A DNA stretch of 64,000 bases from Macrostomum lignano (GCA_002269645.1 NIVC01003780.1:13107-77106); one strand, 5' to 3'. Positions 13,256-27,521 are shown, counted from the first letter of the stretch. Notes: a model not told the origin generated them from the letters alone. Numbers and translations: made by a program.

Positions 13256-13950
13256 TGTAGAACGAGACGCTTGATACGAGGAAAGCGACTGCAATTTATA
13301 TTGTAAATATTGAGCACGATACATTGGGTGTAAGAGGCTTAAGGGTGGAAAGCAAGAGCGGCCAGAATGCAGAGCGCACATAAGAATGTACAGCGAAATA
13401 TCGCAGAAGGGAGCACGCAGCGAAACTGGTAAAAAACCACCTCAAAACACGGAGTAAAAACAAGCTAACAAAACAAACAACAATTTGCCCAGCCAAGTCA
13501 CCACACTCCTCCCCACAAATTGATTAAGCGTTGGATAAAAACGAGAATAAAAGACGTTCACAGTCCATAGAGGAACAGTCCATGGTCACTGGTAGCGCAG
13601 CTGGTCAGGTTCAGCTCTCGCCCTGGTCGAATGTCGAAGTGGCGCCGCGGAGCAGCTCAACTCTGGCGCCTGGCCAGGCGTCTCCGCAGGGGCCTCCGGT
13701 TGATAGTCAGGCACCTCGGCACATGGCGGCTGCTCGACTTTCGAAGGCGTCGCAGGCTCCAGCGGCTTGCACACTTGATCAATGTGCCAACGGACCTCTC
13801 GACCATCCTCAAACTGGCAAAAGAAAGACGCAGCCCCAGAGCAGTCAGTCACAACAGCAGGCTTCCAGCTGCCGTCAGCAGCAAAGTCCCTCTTGACGAC
13901 TGCGTCACCCATCTCAATGCGACAGTCATGGGCATGGGCATCGTGCTGCT
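13256..13950 (-). mobile_element. Gypsy LTR-retrotransposon 3' fragment (integrase C-terminal SH3-like tail, polypurine tract, 250-bp TG...CA LTR at 13256-13505) inside unit 1
   Basis: GDAVVKRD...WKPAVV...RWHIDQV and PLRHSTRARAEPDQLRY motifs; GGGGAGGAG PPT abutting TG; LTR ends in CA. Confidence 0.8.
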
Positions 13951-14273
13951 GCTTCTGCGAATCTGCATTGCTTGTAATCTTGGGAGAATCTCATCCCATT
14001 TTCTCAGAGTGTTGTATCTAGAATGTCAAGGGGGTTGGGGTCAAATGGAATCAAATGCATAGATTTAAAAACACAAAATGATACCCAAATCTGGCCTACA
14101 GTGCAAAACTGATGCCAAATGTGGCATGGGGCCTTGCATATAAAAATAGCACGAAGATCTAATCTATAGTGCAAAAATAAAGTAAAACCTATAATAGTTA
14201 AATATGTATACTATAGTTATACTAAAAAGTCATAAGAAAAATAACATAGTATAATATGAATACTATGAATCTA

Positions 14274-15445
14274 TGGTGAAATCCAAAAATCGGGGGCAAG
14301 TTTTATGAAAATTCGTTTTTTGGCAATTTGAAAGCAATAAAGCTATAAAATCAATCTATTTAAGTTTTTAAAAGGTAAAAAAGTCTATTAAAGCACAAAT
14401 TATTTTTGTATAGCTTTATTTTTAATAAAATGATTTGTTAAAATGGTAAGTTTAATTACAACCTAAAATGAGTCTAATGAAAATGATAGAAAAGCTATAA
14501 TAATGTATTTTAATAACTTTAACTATCTTATAATGTTACACTCTATAATTCTACAACATATTTAACATTATTTTCAAGGGTTTATTTGTTTATCACTTTC
14601 GTTACTCTTGACAACGTGTATTTTGTAGAGTTTGTTTGCAATAAATTGTATTCAACGTAAGTTTATTATTTAAACATACAAATTCCTGTAGGGATCGGAA
14701 AATTGCATTTTACTCAGCTTCTACTAAAGCAATTTGGAAAATTCTTTTTTTCCTGCATATACACCGCAATGATACATGTTTTAGTGTAATTTCATTGTTC
14801 TTCGTCGCTTAATGAGCATACAGTAAGCATCTGATTTGGATGCCGGGTTCACATTTTGTGGTACCATTTTTTACCCAAAATTTTTAAGTCTAAATATAGG
14901 CATATTACAAATACTAATACTATGCAAGTTAATATTTAAATGAAAGAAAACAACTTAAAGATTATTTTGCAACAAGGAATTAGCGATATATTTACTTTTA
15001 GAGAAAGATGTTTGCTGGCAAACTTTGCACTTAATATTAGTATGAATTTTTGCGAGTTTATATGGTTTTAGAAAAACTTTGAAATCCTTAGAAATACTTC
15101 ATCTTTTTGAATTGAATAAAAAGTAAAACACAGATTACTTTCTGTTTTGTAAGTAGTAAAAAAATTAGCCTTCTCTAAGGCCTACAAGTCTTAAAATTAA
15201 TTGTTTAATAATGAAAAAAAGTGAAACAAAAAATTGCAAATCGGTCAACTTGGACTTTCAAAATGATTTTTTGTGGTTTTTTCTTATTTATTCAACAATA
15301 TAAAGCATGAAAACAATAGTTTTTATCCAGAACTATTTTCTAAAGACCTATCTATCTTTCAAAAACCTTTTTTAGATACATTACTTTCCATCGAATGTCC
15401 GCAGATTTGTTTTACTGTTTTATCCCACGTTTTTGGATTTCGCCC
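14274..15445. mobile_element. 1172-bp AT-rich TIR element with TA target duplication, nested in unit 1
   Basis: TIR (T/G)GG(T/C)GAAATCCAAAAA / TTTTTGGATTTCGCCC flanked by TA; the empty site (AATCTATTCAAAA) is present in the related copy near 29300. Confidence 0.8.
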
Positions 15446-17556
15446 TATCCAAAAAGTTAAAAAAACTAGTATATATATATATCAAAATTTCATTAAATTG
15501 CCTGCTATAAGTATGCAAAATTGGCATTATATCCTAGCCAAAGATAAATGCTGCCCTAAATCAACTGATAGAATATAATTCATGGATGGCATGGAACTGC
15601 TAAAAACAAATTCTTAAAAAATAAGGAGCTATAAATATAGTAGGGATCAAAACATCATAGGAAAAAATGCTAGCTTTAGGCCATTTTAGACTTTTCAAAA
15701 TCACATGATTTATGACCTAATCTAGATATCATTCCTACAGTTAAGTTAGGCCTTTGGTAGCTCATATTGCAATCCTATACTTGCAATCCTATCCTATACA
15801 TTTTATCATGAAAACATGACTTTTTTGTAGATATTTATCCACTTTCAACTCCTAGATAACTATTTTTTGCCATTTTGAAAATAGTTATTGAATTGCCATT
15901 GCACTATTTATAATATGTTATAATATGTATTATTAATAATATGTCTAATTATTAATAAAACATATTCATACACCTGTTTAAAAATTGTAAGCAGAAACCA
16001 TTAAACCCAAAAAAGCAGCAAGTTTACATTGCAATACAGTGTAGTAATCAACTAGTTATATAGTTCAGTTAGTTTAGGCTTAACTGTATAAGACTAAATT
16101 ATGTCTCTGGAATGTCGTCAGAACATTTAAATTCTTCAGAAGAAGGTGTAAAAAACAACTACTAAGCTAAATTAATTTTAACGTTAAAAAAACAGCCGTG
16201 CAGTGACTACAATTTACTATTAGCTAATAAAACCACGTCCGACTTGACCACCTGGCGACGGGCGCCGCGGCACACACGAGAGCAATAATATTCAAATCAA
16301 TGGGGAAAAATTAGCAATAACTATGCACTACGTAAATTTTAAAAAAAGTTATTTATTCATTTATATTTTTACGAACGAAGCTATGTTCTTCCATCTGGTT
16401 AATTGCTCAAATATATATTTATTAAAATATAGTACTTTGAACTTTCCGTATCTGTTACGCATGCACTTCTTGATCGTCTCGAAGGAGAATAATCCATAAA
16501 ACTCAAACTTCCTAACTCAATGAGCAAACTATTTGAGCCAAAACACAATTTTTATGTGTAAAAAGCAAATTTCACTTTTATGGTGGATCAAAAGTGCTGT
16601 ATGATTGCGTTGTTTTTGTTTATTGCAAAGAGTCACTTTTTCAGTGTAAATTATTTATTTATATTTATTCAGTGTTCATTTCTAATCATATCGAATTGAT
16701 TATCGTAGGAAAATTTTGCTTAATTGATTAAAACTTTTAATTGGTTAACGACGCGGCACCCCGCGGTTCTCCCGAGTTCGGGCCGACGTCGGCTGGCCGA
16801 CTTTAGCATGGCCGTCGAGTGGCAAAGCCGCGCTCGGCCCGCCGAGATCGGGCCGAGCTCGGCGGGTTGACGGCGGTTCTAGCTCGGGCCGACGACCTCG
16901 GGCCGAGGTCGGCTGACCGCGGTAATGCCGAGTAGCTTTGCACTATACTTTGTATTCAGCTTTTATAAAGCTTATATTGCTTCTTACAGATTGACTACAT
17001 GTAGTGCCACTTTCACTTTCTATCACTTGTTGTTCTGTACAATTCGGTATTACATGAAAAAGAAAAGGTGAATGGGAAAACGACATGACACGAATCGATT
17101 TAAAAGTCCCAAGTCATTCCTAGCATATGTTAGTGTATTGCAGTGGTAATGTATATGAGCCTAGTTTAACTATTTTAATTGATTTCCCCTCGGAATTAGA
17201 TACGTAAGATATATTAGATATCCACCAGACTCAGTTCCTCGATCTATAGCTCTGCACAAATATACACAACCAACAACCAACCATGTCCAGGATTAAATGA
17301 TTGTGAAATAAGAACGATTTAGAAGAACTTAAAATAATTTAATTAAAAGAAAACCGCAACAGTAAATCCACCACAAGCACACTAGTGTATTATCAAATGC
17401 TATTAATGATACAAGATTAACTTTTCAACCAATAAGCAAGAAAAGAAACAGAAAAAGTTGCTAAACAGTTGAAAACAGAGGTTGGGTTAAGGGTTGCGAT
17501 ACGGATTTGGTTGAGCATTATTTAACATTATAAACTGTAAAGACTTCACTTTAGAT

Positions 17557-18253
17557 TGTAGAACGAGACGCTTGATACGAGGAAAGCGACTGCAATTTAT
17601 ATTGTAAATATTGAGCACGATACATTGGGTGTAAGAGGCTTAAGGGTGGAAAGCAAGAGCGGCCAGAATGCAGAGCGCACATAAGAATGTACAGCGAAAT
17701 ATCGCAGAAGGGAGCACGCAGCGAAACTGGTAAAAAACCACCTCAAAACACGGAGTAAAAACAAGCTAACAAAACAAACAACAATTTGCCCAGCCAAGTC
17801 ACCACACTCCTCCCCACAAATTGATTAAGCGTTGGATAAAAACGAGAATAAAAGACGTTCACAGTCCATAGAGGAACAGTCCATGGTCACTGGTAGCGCA
17901 GCTGGTCAGGTTCAGCTCTCGCCCTGGTCGAATGTCGAAGTGGCGCCGCGGAGCAGCTCAACTCTGGCGCCTGGCCAGGCGTCTCCGCAGGGGCCTCCGG
18001 TTGATAGTCAGGCACCTCGGCACATGGCGGCTGCTCGACTTTCGAAGGCGTCGCAGGCTCCAGCGGCTTGCACACTTGATCAATGTGCCAACGGACCTCT
18101 CGACCATCCTCAAACTGGCAAAAGAAAGACGCAGCCCCAGAGCAGTCAGTCACAACAGCAGGCTTCCAGCTGCCGTCAGCAGCAAAGTCCCTCTTGACGA
18201 CTGCGTCACCCATCTCAATGCGACAGTCATGGGCATGGGCATCGTGCTGCTGC
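17557..18253 (-). mobile_element. Gypsy 3' fragment, copy in unit 2 (LTR 17557-17806)
   Basis: Identical to 13256-13950 apart from the MITE site. Confidence 0.8.
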
Positions 18254-18261
18254 TTCTGCAT

Positions 18262-18559
18262 CCTGATTGCAGCGCATGGGCATTTTGGCGGACGGCGTCC
18301 GGCGCGGATCAGCCTGCGCGGCGCAGCATTGGTGGTGGACCAGGGGTAAGTCGCAAAAATGCCACCCCATAAAATACGGGCGTAGTACTAATTAGATGCC
18401 GAGACATTTAGGCTTGATAAGACAGTCATAGTTACTCCTGCCGTTTACCCAAAACTGCGTTAATTTTGCTTTAGGGTTTCTTTCACAGGTAAGTCATTTC
18501 ACAGTGTGGCGCAGGTTGTGTAGGCGTCTGGCGTACTTAAGCCATGCGCTGCAACAGGG
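18262..18559. mobile_element. 298-bp MITE with ~17-bp TIRs and an 8-bp (or 7-bp) TSD TTCTGCAT
   Basis: CCTGATTGCAGCGCATGG / CCATGCGCTGCAACAGGG; TTCTGCAT at 18254-18261 and 18560-18567; absent from the sister unit and from the 28.9-kb copy. Confidence 0.9.
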
Positions 18560-18872
18560 TTCTGCATTGCTTGTAATCTTGGGAGAATCTCATCCCATTT
18601 TCTCAGAGTGTTGTATCTAGAATGTCAAGGGGGTTGGGGTCAAATGGAATCAAATGCATAGATTTAAAAACACAAAATGATACCCAAATCTGGCCTACAG
18701 TGCAAAACTGATGCCAAATGTGGCATGGGGCCTTGCATATAAAAATAGCACGAAGATCTAATCTATAGTGCAAAAATAAAGTAAAACCTATAATAGTTAA
18801 ATATGTATACTATAGTTATACTAAAAAGTCATAAGAAAAATAACATAGTATAATATGAATACTATGAATCTA

Positions 18873-20044
18873 TGGTGAAATCCAAAAATCGGGGGCAAGT
18901 TTTATGAAAATTCGTTTTTTGGCAATTTGAAAGCAATAAAGCTATAAAATCAATCTATTTAAGTTTTTAAAAGGTAAAAAAGTCTATTAAAGCACAAATT
19001 ATTTTTGTATAGCTTTATTTTTAATAAAATGATTTGTTAAAATGGTAAGTTTAATTACAACCTAAAATGAGTCTAATGAAAATGATAGAAAAGCTATAAT
19101 AATGTATTTTAATAACTTTAACTATCTTATAATGTTACACTCTATAATTCTACAACATATTTAACATTATTTTCAAGGGTTTATTTGTTTATCACTTTCG
19201 TTACTCTTGACAACGTGTATTTTGTAGAGTTTGTTTGCAATAAATTGTATTCAACGTAAGTTTATTATTTAAACATACAAATTCCTGTAGGGATCGGAAA
19301 ATTGCATTTTACTCAGCTTCTACTAAAGCAATTTGGAAAATTCTTTTTTTCCTGCATATACACCGCAATGATACATGTTTTAGTGTAATTTCATTGTTCT
19401 TCGTCGCTTAATGAGCATACAGTAAGCATCTGATTTGGATGCCGGGTTCACATTTTGTGGTACCATTTTTTACCCAAAATTTTTAAGTCTAAATATAGGC
19501 ATATTACAAATACTAATACTATGCAAGTTAATATTTAAATGAAAGAAAACAACTTAAAGATTATTTTGCAACAAGGAATTAGCGATATATTTACTTTTAG
19601 AGAAAGATGTTTGCTGGCAAACTTTGCACTTAATATTAGTATGAATTTTTGCGAGTTTATATGGTTTTAGAAAAACTTTGAAATCCTTAGAAATACTTCA
19701 TCTTTTTGAATTGAATAAAAAGTAAAACACAGATTACTTTCTGTTTTGTAAGTAGTAAAAAAATTAGCCTTCTCTAAGGCCTACAAGTCTTAAAATTAAT
19801 TGTTTAATAATGAAAAAAAGTGAAACAAAAAATTGCAAATCGGTCAACTTGGACTTTCAAAATGATTTTTTGTTTTTTTTTCTTATTTATTCAACAATAT
19901 AAAGCATGAAAACAATAGTTTTTATCCAGAACTATTTTCTAAAGACCTATCTATCTTTCAAAAACCTTTTTTAGATACATTACTTTCCATCGAATGTCCG
20001 CAGATTTGTTTTACTGTTTTATCCCACGTTTTTGGATTTCGCCC
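18873..20044. mobile_element. TA-site TIR element, copy in unit 2
   Basis: Near-identical to 14274-15445. Confidence 0.8.
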
Positions 20045-21573
20045 TATCCAAAAAGTTAAAAAAACTAGTATATATATATATCAAAATTTCATTAAATTGC
20101 CTGCTATAAGTATGCAAAATTGGCATTATATCCTAGCCAAAGATAAATGCTGCCCTAAATCAACTGATAGAATATAATTCATGGATGGCATGGAACTGCT
20201 AAAAACAAATTCTTAAAAAATAAGGAGCTATAAATATAGTAGGGATCAAAACATCATAAGAAAAAATGCTAGCTTTAGGCCATTTTAGACTTTTCAAAAT
20301 CACATGATTTATGACCTAATCTAGATATCATTCCTACAGTTAAGTTAGGCCTTTGGTAGCTCATATTGCAATCCTATACTTGCAATCCTATCCTATACAT
20401 TTTATCATGAAAACATGACTTTTTTGTAGATATTTATCCACTTTCAACTCCTAGATAACTATTTTTTGCCATTTTGAAAATAGTTATTGAATTGCCATTG
20501 CACTATTTATAATATGTTATAATATGTATTATTAATAATATGTCTAATTATTAATAAAACATATTCATACACCTGTTTAAAAATTGTAAGCAGAAACCAT
20601 TAAACCCAAAAAAGCAGCAAGTTTACATTGCAATACAGTGTAGTAATCAACTAGTTATATAGTTCAGTTAGTTTAGGCTTAACTGTATAAGACTAAATTA
20701 TGTCTCTGGAATGTCGTCAGAACATTTAAATTCTTCAGAAGAAGGTGTAAAAAACAACTACTAAGCTAAATTAATTTTAACGTTAAAAAAACAGCCGTGC
20801 AGTGACTACAATTTACTATTAGCTAATAAAACCACGTCCGACTTGACCACCTGGCGACGGGCGCCGCGGCACACACGAGAGCAATAATATTCAAATCAAT
20901 GGGGAAAAATTAGCAATAACTATGCACTACGTAAATTTTAAAAAAAGTTATTTATTTATTTATATTTTTACGAACGAAGCTATGTTCTTCCATCTGGTTA
21001 ATTGCTCAAATATATATTTATTAAAATATAGTACTTTGAACTTTCCGTATCTGTTACGCATGCACTTCTTGATCGTCTCGAAGGAGAATAATCCATAAAA
21101 CTCAAACTTCCTAACTCAATGAGCAAACTATTTGAGCCAAAACACAATTTTTATGTGTAAAAAGCAAATTTCACTTTTATGGTGGATCAAAAGTGCTGTA
21201 TGATTGCGTTGTTTTTGTTTATTGCAAAGAGTCACTTTTTCAGTGTAAATTATTTATTTATATTTATTCAGTGTTCATTTCTAATCATATCGAATTGATT
21301 ATCGTATGAAAATTTTGCTTAATTGATTAAAACTTTTAATTGGTTAACGACGCGGCACCCCGCGGTTCTCCCGAGTTCGGGCCGACGTCGGCTGGCCGAC
21401 TTTAGCATGGCCGCGATCGGATGCCGAGTGGCCGACGTCGGCCCGAGCTCGGACCGAGCTCGGCTTTGCCACTGGGAGGTGGCTGTCAGACAAAATTTGA
21501 AAGCGATGATTTACGACCCAAAAAGCTGCGCCTATGTTATTATGACTACTAGTATGACCAGACATTATATCTA

Positions 21574-24500
21574 CCCTAGATGACAATCTGTTCACACCCG
21601 CGTAGCAGATCTGTTTTTAACTTTCATTTCTTAACAGATCTTAGCATCTGCTATGTCTTGTAATATCTTACCAGATGCGGCTAGTATCTGCTCACGATAA
21701 GTGCATAAATTTCTTATCCAAATGAGTGTGGAGTATCAGGAATGTATAGAAAGAAATAATATGACAGTAACAAACATAAAAACACGCTTCAGTTAAGCTT
21801 AAAGTGTCATTAATTGCGTCAGTCATATCTGCTTTTTCATGCAAGATATGGAACAAAATATGCTGCTTCGTGTCAGATCTTACTTTACAAGGTTTGAAAT
21901 TAAACATACATATGTTTAAATATATGTTGCCGAAACAAGTTACTCACTTTTTATACATTAGATTTTCCTTTCAATAAATAAAAGGGAATAACGGTTAAAG
22001 ACTTCATCGCAATGAAAAATATTTTGTTATACCTTAGCTAGTAAAATAGGTATGAACAAAGTAATGAAAAACGTGCCTCTCCTTATCTGCAATTATTGAC
22101 TTGTTGTCCATCTAAAAATAGTATCAGTTGATTGAATCTTTCGCATATATACCAAAATGTGCTTTAGATTTAATCTTTAAATCGGTAAGGATCATTTGGA
22201 ATTAGGTAGAATACCTTTAAAGTTTAGAGGTTAGGTCTAACTTGTCTCTCATATATTCCATCATTCTTAGGCTAATGCAATAATAATGGCAATGTCAAAA
22301 TGATGAAAAAGCCATGACAACTGACAAATTATTATATCAGACAACATGTCCATAGGTATAATGTTATTGTTTGAATGAAAAAATAAGGTCTTTCAACTTA
22401 TAAATTATATATAATATCCAGTTATTTAGCTATTTACCTATTATTCATTAACTTCTCTACTAACCAAGGGACAGGTAGGCCATAGGGTACCCATACATAA
22501 CCTATTCCCCCTCCCTATGACTCATGGGTCATGGCCATGGGTAGGCCTACCCTATTCTATAATCAGACAATGGTACTATACACCCTATAACTGATATTGT
22601 CTGTTAGGCCTATTGAGCTATGAATAGGCCTAAATAGGCCCTTCCCTTACTTAGACTCTAGTTTATTCTATTTTATAAAAGGCCATACCAAGTGCAGATC
22701 TAGAAAACTTTTAAGAAAGGGGCCAAGCTATACCAAACACTACAACCCAATATTGGAAAATAGGCCTACTTAATAGACCTGGCATAATTATAGTTGTAGA
22801 CCAAAAAAGGGCTCATGACCAAGACTGCCATACACCAAGACTGCCACAGTTCTAACTGGCTAATGGAATTGACACTGAGGGGGAGCTATTATCTTCCTGC
22901 ATTGCTATTGCCATATTGGTTGTGATGGGTTATAAAGTTAGATAAGAGGAAATATCCTAAGATTGGTTACCAATAAGGCAAATAAGTGGCCCAAAATGGT
23001 TGCAAGTCAACCAAGGCAATTTTAACAATACGCCTAGGCCTATCTTATAGTTCCTTTACAATTCAAATTGAATGAAAAAAATGAGGAGCCTGGCTTATTT
23101 ACCTACTTGGCCCATTTACTAGTTTCTTTCTTGTAGCCTTGTCTTATTGGCTCTCTCCATCTCACCCTTTCTCAGCATCATCCAATAACATGGCAAGCCA
23201 AATTCCTCCCCCTAGCTCCCCCAAGTATGGCAGTCTTTGTGTGGCGGTCTTGGTCCTATACCTCAAAAAGTATGAAAAAAAATTTTTGGTTGTGGCTCTA
23301 TATTTGCCACTGGGCCATACTCTGAAAAGTGGGTGTTTCTAACTTTAAACTACATGGTTCATTGATAATTATATTATGTTTGATTTTGTTTGCTGTTATT
23401 ATTAGTAATATACTATTTAGACAATGCTATATATAGACTATGTATATAGTATAGATAGTATACTGGTCTAATCCATAAGCTAGCTAAGTAAGATCATGGA
23501 TTATAAAGATTATCCAGAGATCATGAGGTCATGATTTAAATAGAAAATGCATGTTTATAAGCATATTACCCTTAGTCCTTAAGCTTATGAAATATGCATA
23601 ATAGTAGTCATGATTATGAGTATCTTTATAAAATATTCTTCAAACTCAGTAATAATTTTTTTGATCACAATTATATTTTAATCTGAAGTCTAAACTTAAA
23701 TTTCCAGGTGCAAATTTTCTATCTAATTTAGAAAGAATATGGAAACTGGTGATCATTCAAGCCAAAGTCCAAGGGCTAAAAGGCAACGCAGACCAGCAAG
23801 CCAGGATTACTTTGGCTTGGAAAGGCAAAGGCAGCAAAATGTGTTTGTTTTGTTATGGTACAACAAAACCAATTCCTATAGTGAGGCCTTGTCTCAATAA
23901 TGTTATGTTTTCCAAGGTAAGTTATGCAAATATTTTTAATATGTTGTTAAAATGGTTATATATATGCATTTGTCTTTAGTCTGGTCCTTAAGTTTTTAAA
24001 TATAATGGTAGCTTATAATGTAGGGCTAGGTTGTTTACTTAAATTACTTTAGACTTTGTATTCATTATTTATGTATATTTTTATGATAGTGTACCTTGGA
24101 AAATATTTTTATAGTGTTTTTGGTAATGACTTTGTGGTCAACAACATATTAATAAACACCTTGTTATTTTGCTAACAAAGGCCTGCTATGCTAGCCTTTG
24201 TCCCTTTTCTACTATTATCTTTCCATATTTGCAGTAATGGACAAGTTAGCCAGAAAAGAGCTATTTTTTGAAAATTTGGAGTTTTTTTGTTATCAAGAAA
24301 GTTAGTTTCTTGAGTTGAAGTTTAAATGTTTAATGTTTTTTATTTTAAAAAAATTATCTTTTCAAGATAACTTTTATTAACTAGTCATTGCCTATCACTG
24401 CTCAGGCTGCTGTATTGAATTATAAATCACATCTCCAATGCTTAATTCTTTAACAATCATCAAGTTAAGGATTATACTAAAACTGGTAGAATATAAGTAT

Positions 24501-27059
24501 ATCCGAAAAGTAATAGCTTACTAAGTCTAACTGGCAATCCAATATAATTCCATTTTAGTTCTCTGTGTCCAAGAAAGCTGCCTGGCAAAAGGTAAGCATT
24601 AGTTTTGTCTGTTAGTCACTCATTGGAATCAATAATAAAAGTGTGGTGAAGAGCCATTTTTGTATATCATTTTTAGTATTTTGAAGAAACAATGAAAATC
24701 GGTTGAGCCTTTTGGGAGATAACCAATTCTGTTTGCAAGCTATTTTGCGCCCTTTCATGCATCAGCATAGGCTTCACCAGCCGCTAAATATTTTAAGCAA
24801 AAATCGTGATGGTAAAATAAGTTGTAAGAATTCTTTCTCCAATGGAATGCAGGTGTTCCATACCTATGATAATGCTCGGAAAGGAACGTGCATCAGCTTC
24901 ATCGTGAATTATTCTAGGTTCTAGCGAATCTGTAGGAGTCATCAAGAGCATTGATCACGGGACCCAGTCTGTCAGAATTTCTCCGATTTTATCAGTAAAA
25001 AAGAATAATATGTTTTGTTGTTCACGGCAGCAGTACGAAGACAGTTTTGGATGCGACGACTTTCCTGTTCCAATTGGTTTGGATTTCCTAAAGTGCTTGC
25101 TGGTGGCCGATGATAACCAGGTCTACCTTGTGCCAATTCTGAGCTGCTGCGAACACAATTAGGTAGCCCATTTATTTGCGCGTGTTTTTTACTTCTGTGT
25201 AAAACCAAAGTATATTTTTTCGTAATTAGTACATTAACACTATCTTGAATTTGATCCATTCGGTCTGTAATAACTTTAGATGTCAGTAAGAATCTACAGA
25301 ACTTACAACCAATATTAAACCCAATATCTACAGAACTTCATACCCAACTTTGCGTCCCCCTTGGCAGGTGCACACAGTATGCATGAGCACTGCGGCGACA
25401 CGGCAGCCCCAGCAGTATGAGCAACCCTAGCAGGTAAGCAGGCAGCGCGCCTACACATTCGTGTCGTTTTTTCGTTCTCTGATTATGAGTACATTTTTAT
25501 TTTGCTTACTAGATTAAATTTTGTCTATCTTCAGCCGCTCTGGGTATTACTAGTACAAGCTACAAGTGCAAAATAATATGTAGTTTAAAAACCTAATATA
25601 TTGCTTACTTAGCTCTAAAATCCGAATTTCGAATAGAAAGTGAATAATATTAGTCTTGTCAGTGTCACAAATATCTTCATTTCCCTGCCAGATGCCCTGC
25701 GTTGCCTACTGTGCATTGGTGCTCAGCCTTCGGTGCCCAGCTGCCTTTGGTGCCCAGCTGCCTTCGGTGCCCAGCTGCCTTTGGTGCCCAGCTGCCTTCG
25801 GTGCCCAGCTGCCTTCGGTGCCCAGCTGCACTCTAACTGTCATTATGCCTAGCCGCCTTTGGTGAACAGATTTGCGAAACTTAATACTTTAAAAAACTTT
25901 TCTAGTTTACTTTTCAAAATACAGTTTTGTAAACAGTTTTTAATGCAGCTACATCAGAATGGGGGGTTTTTTAACTAACTGGCATCAAATTAACAGAAAG
26001 AAACGGTTGGTAATGCAATATGGCAAAACGGAAATTTCGATGAGCAAAAGTTACTATAGTTACTCTGATTTTAGAGAAATTTGTTCAACACTTATTCTTG
26101 CAGAAGCAATTTGCTCTTAAGATGTGCCGTTCCCTCCCCTCCAAGACACCCGGATTGGGATGAAATTAGAAATATTGCCATGAAATTTATATAATTGCCG
26201 TAATTGTAATTTTATTTCCACAAAAATTAATTAAATTGCAATTTTACTCAAATGTTATACTTTCTACTTACAGTAGAATACTTTAAATATTAAATTGGAC
26301 GAATTGCAATTTGATTGTGAATTTTTACTTTCTAAATTTTGTGTTAGCTATAAAAGAAATGAGCCAATGACTATATATGTATGATAGCCTAATTTTGTAA
26401 AGATTTGTTTTAGCAACATTTTTAAGGAAAATGTTTATAATTTAGTTTATATCGCATGCTTGTCGAGATTGCAATTTAATTATAATTTGCTATAATTTTT
26501 GCAATGGAATTTTATTGTATTTTGCTGTGTTTGCTACTTCATTACGCCTTTATGTTTTTGTGTTCATGCTTTTGTAAATACTATATGCTCTCTGTATGTA
26601 AATTATAAATAAAAATTAAATAGTAAAAATGTTTAAATAGGGAATTGCCCAATAGTGCCACAATAATTCACCCAATAATAAAATGCAGAGAAAAATTTTC
26701 TTTTGTTTATATTACTTTTTTCTTCAGGTAACTTCCCGAGTTCCCGAGTCTTAAAATTTTGATTATGTATGCACCATAGAGGTACTGCACGCGCATTGCG
26801 TGCTATAGACATTCATCTTCGATGCCTTATCAGATCTTGACTAATCTTGTATCTTCTTGGAAGATATGGCCTCAAGAACTTGCATGATCCTGTGTCATCT
26901 TAGCAGATCTGGCCCGAAGATCTTGCATGATCTGTTCAGAAGATCTGGTAAGAATTGACTATGTATTTCAATGGCGAAGATCTGCTGAGCTCTTGCAAGA
27001 ACTTAGGGCGCAGTTCAAGTCAGATCTTGTAAGAAACCCCAAGCCAATGTCATCTAGGG
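21574..27059. mobile_element. 5.5-kb EnSpm/CACTA-like element family B, no intact transposase seen
   Basis: TIR CCCTAGATGACA / TGTCATCTAGGG flanked by TA on both sides; repeated AGATCT subterminal motifs at both ends. Confidence 0.7.
25717..25829. repeat. 17-bp tandem repeat (TTYGGTGCCCAGCTGCC) x6
   Basis: Direct repeats visible. Confidence 0.9.
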
Positions 27060-27521
27060 TAGTATAGATTCTAGGACAATTCGCAGAAAAAGAATAAAAA
27101 TGCCATTAGCCTGCTGTCAGTAGGCTAGTAAGTTTAGAGCCCATGTGCTAGCGTGGGATTTGGGAAAAAGTGCGTCCTCATCATTAGAATAAAACAACGC
27201 GTACTACCATACGTTCGTCCCAGAGTTCGACCGGTAAAACTACAGGACGAGGTTTTCTACAAGCTGTGTACGCATTTTGGCTTCAGAGGGCGTGAGTGGC
27301 TTCGCCAACTGACGAAGGACGCTATTGTCTTCTCCGAGGAGGCTGGGACTGAGTGTATTGATTTGGTATTGGCTGGTAAAGAGAAGACAACCAACGCTGC
27401 TGACCCATGTACAGGAAAGCAGATTAAGATGTACGCCACTAATAACCCATTAACTTGTCCTGTTGCTGCCGTGCGCAAGTATATCAGCTTGTTGCCCCCT
27501 AGTGTGAGTGATTTGTTTCCA

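Larger units (their letters stand above)
12503..21476. mobile_element. Non-autonomous EnSpm/CACTA-like DNA transposon family A, head-to-tail dimer (two ~4.3-kb units)
   Basis: TIR CCCAGTGGCAAAGCCG... / ...CGGCTTTGCCACTGGG, 2-bp TSD AG on both sides, palindromic CCGAGCTCGG subterminal repeats, units nearly identical at a 4301-bp offset. Confidence 0.85.

Noticed and set aside
13531-14062. Plus-strand ORFs 13531-13896 and 13631-14062 and their duplicates near 17.8-18.4 kb
   Set aside because: They are antisense shadows of the GC-rich Gypsy integrase tail
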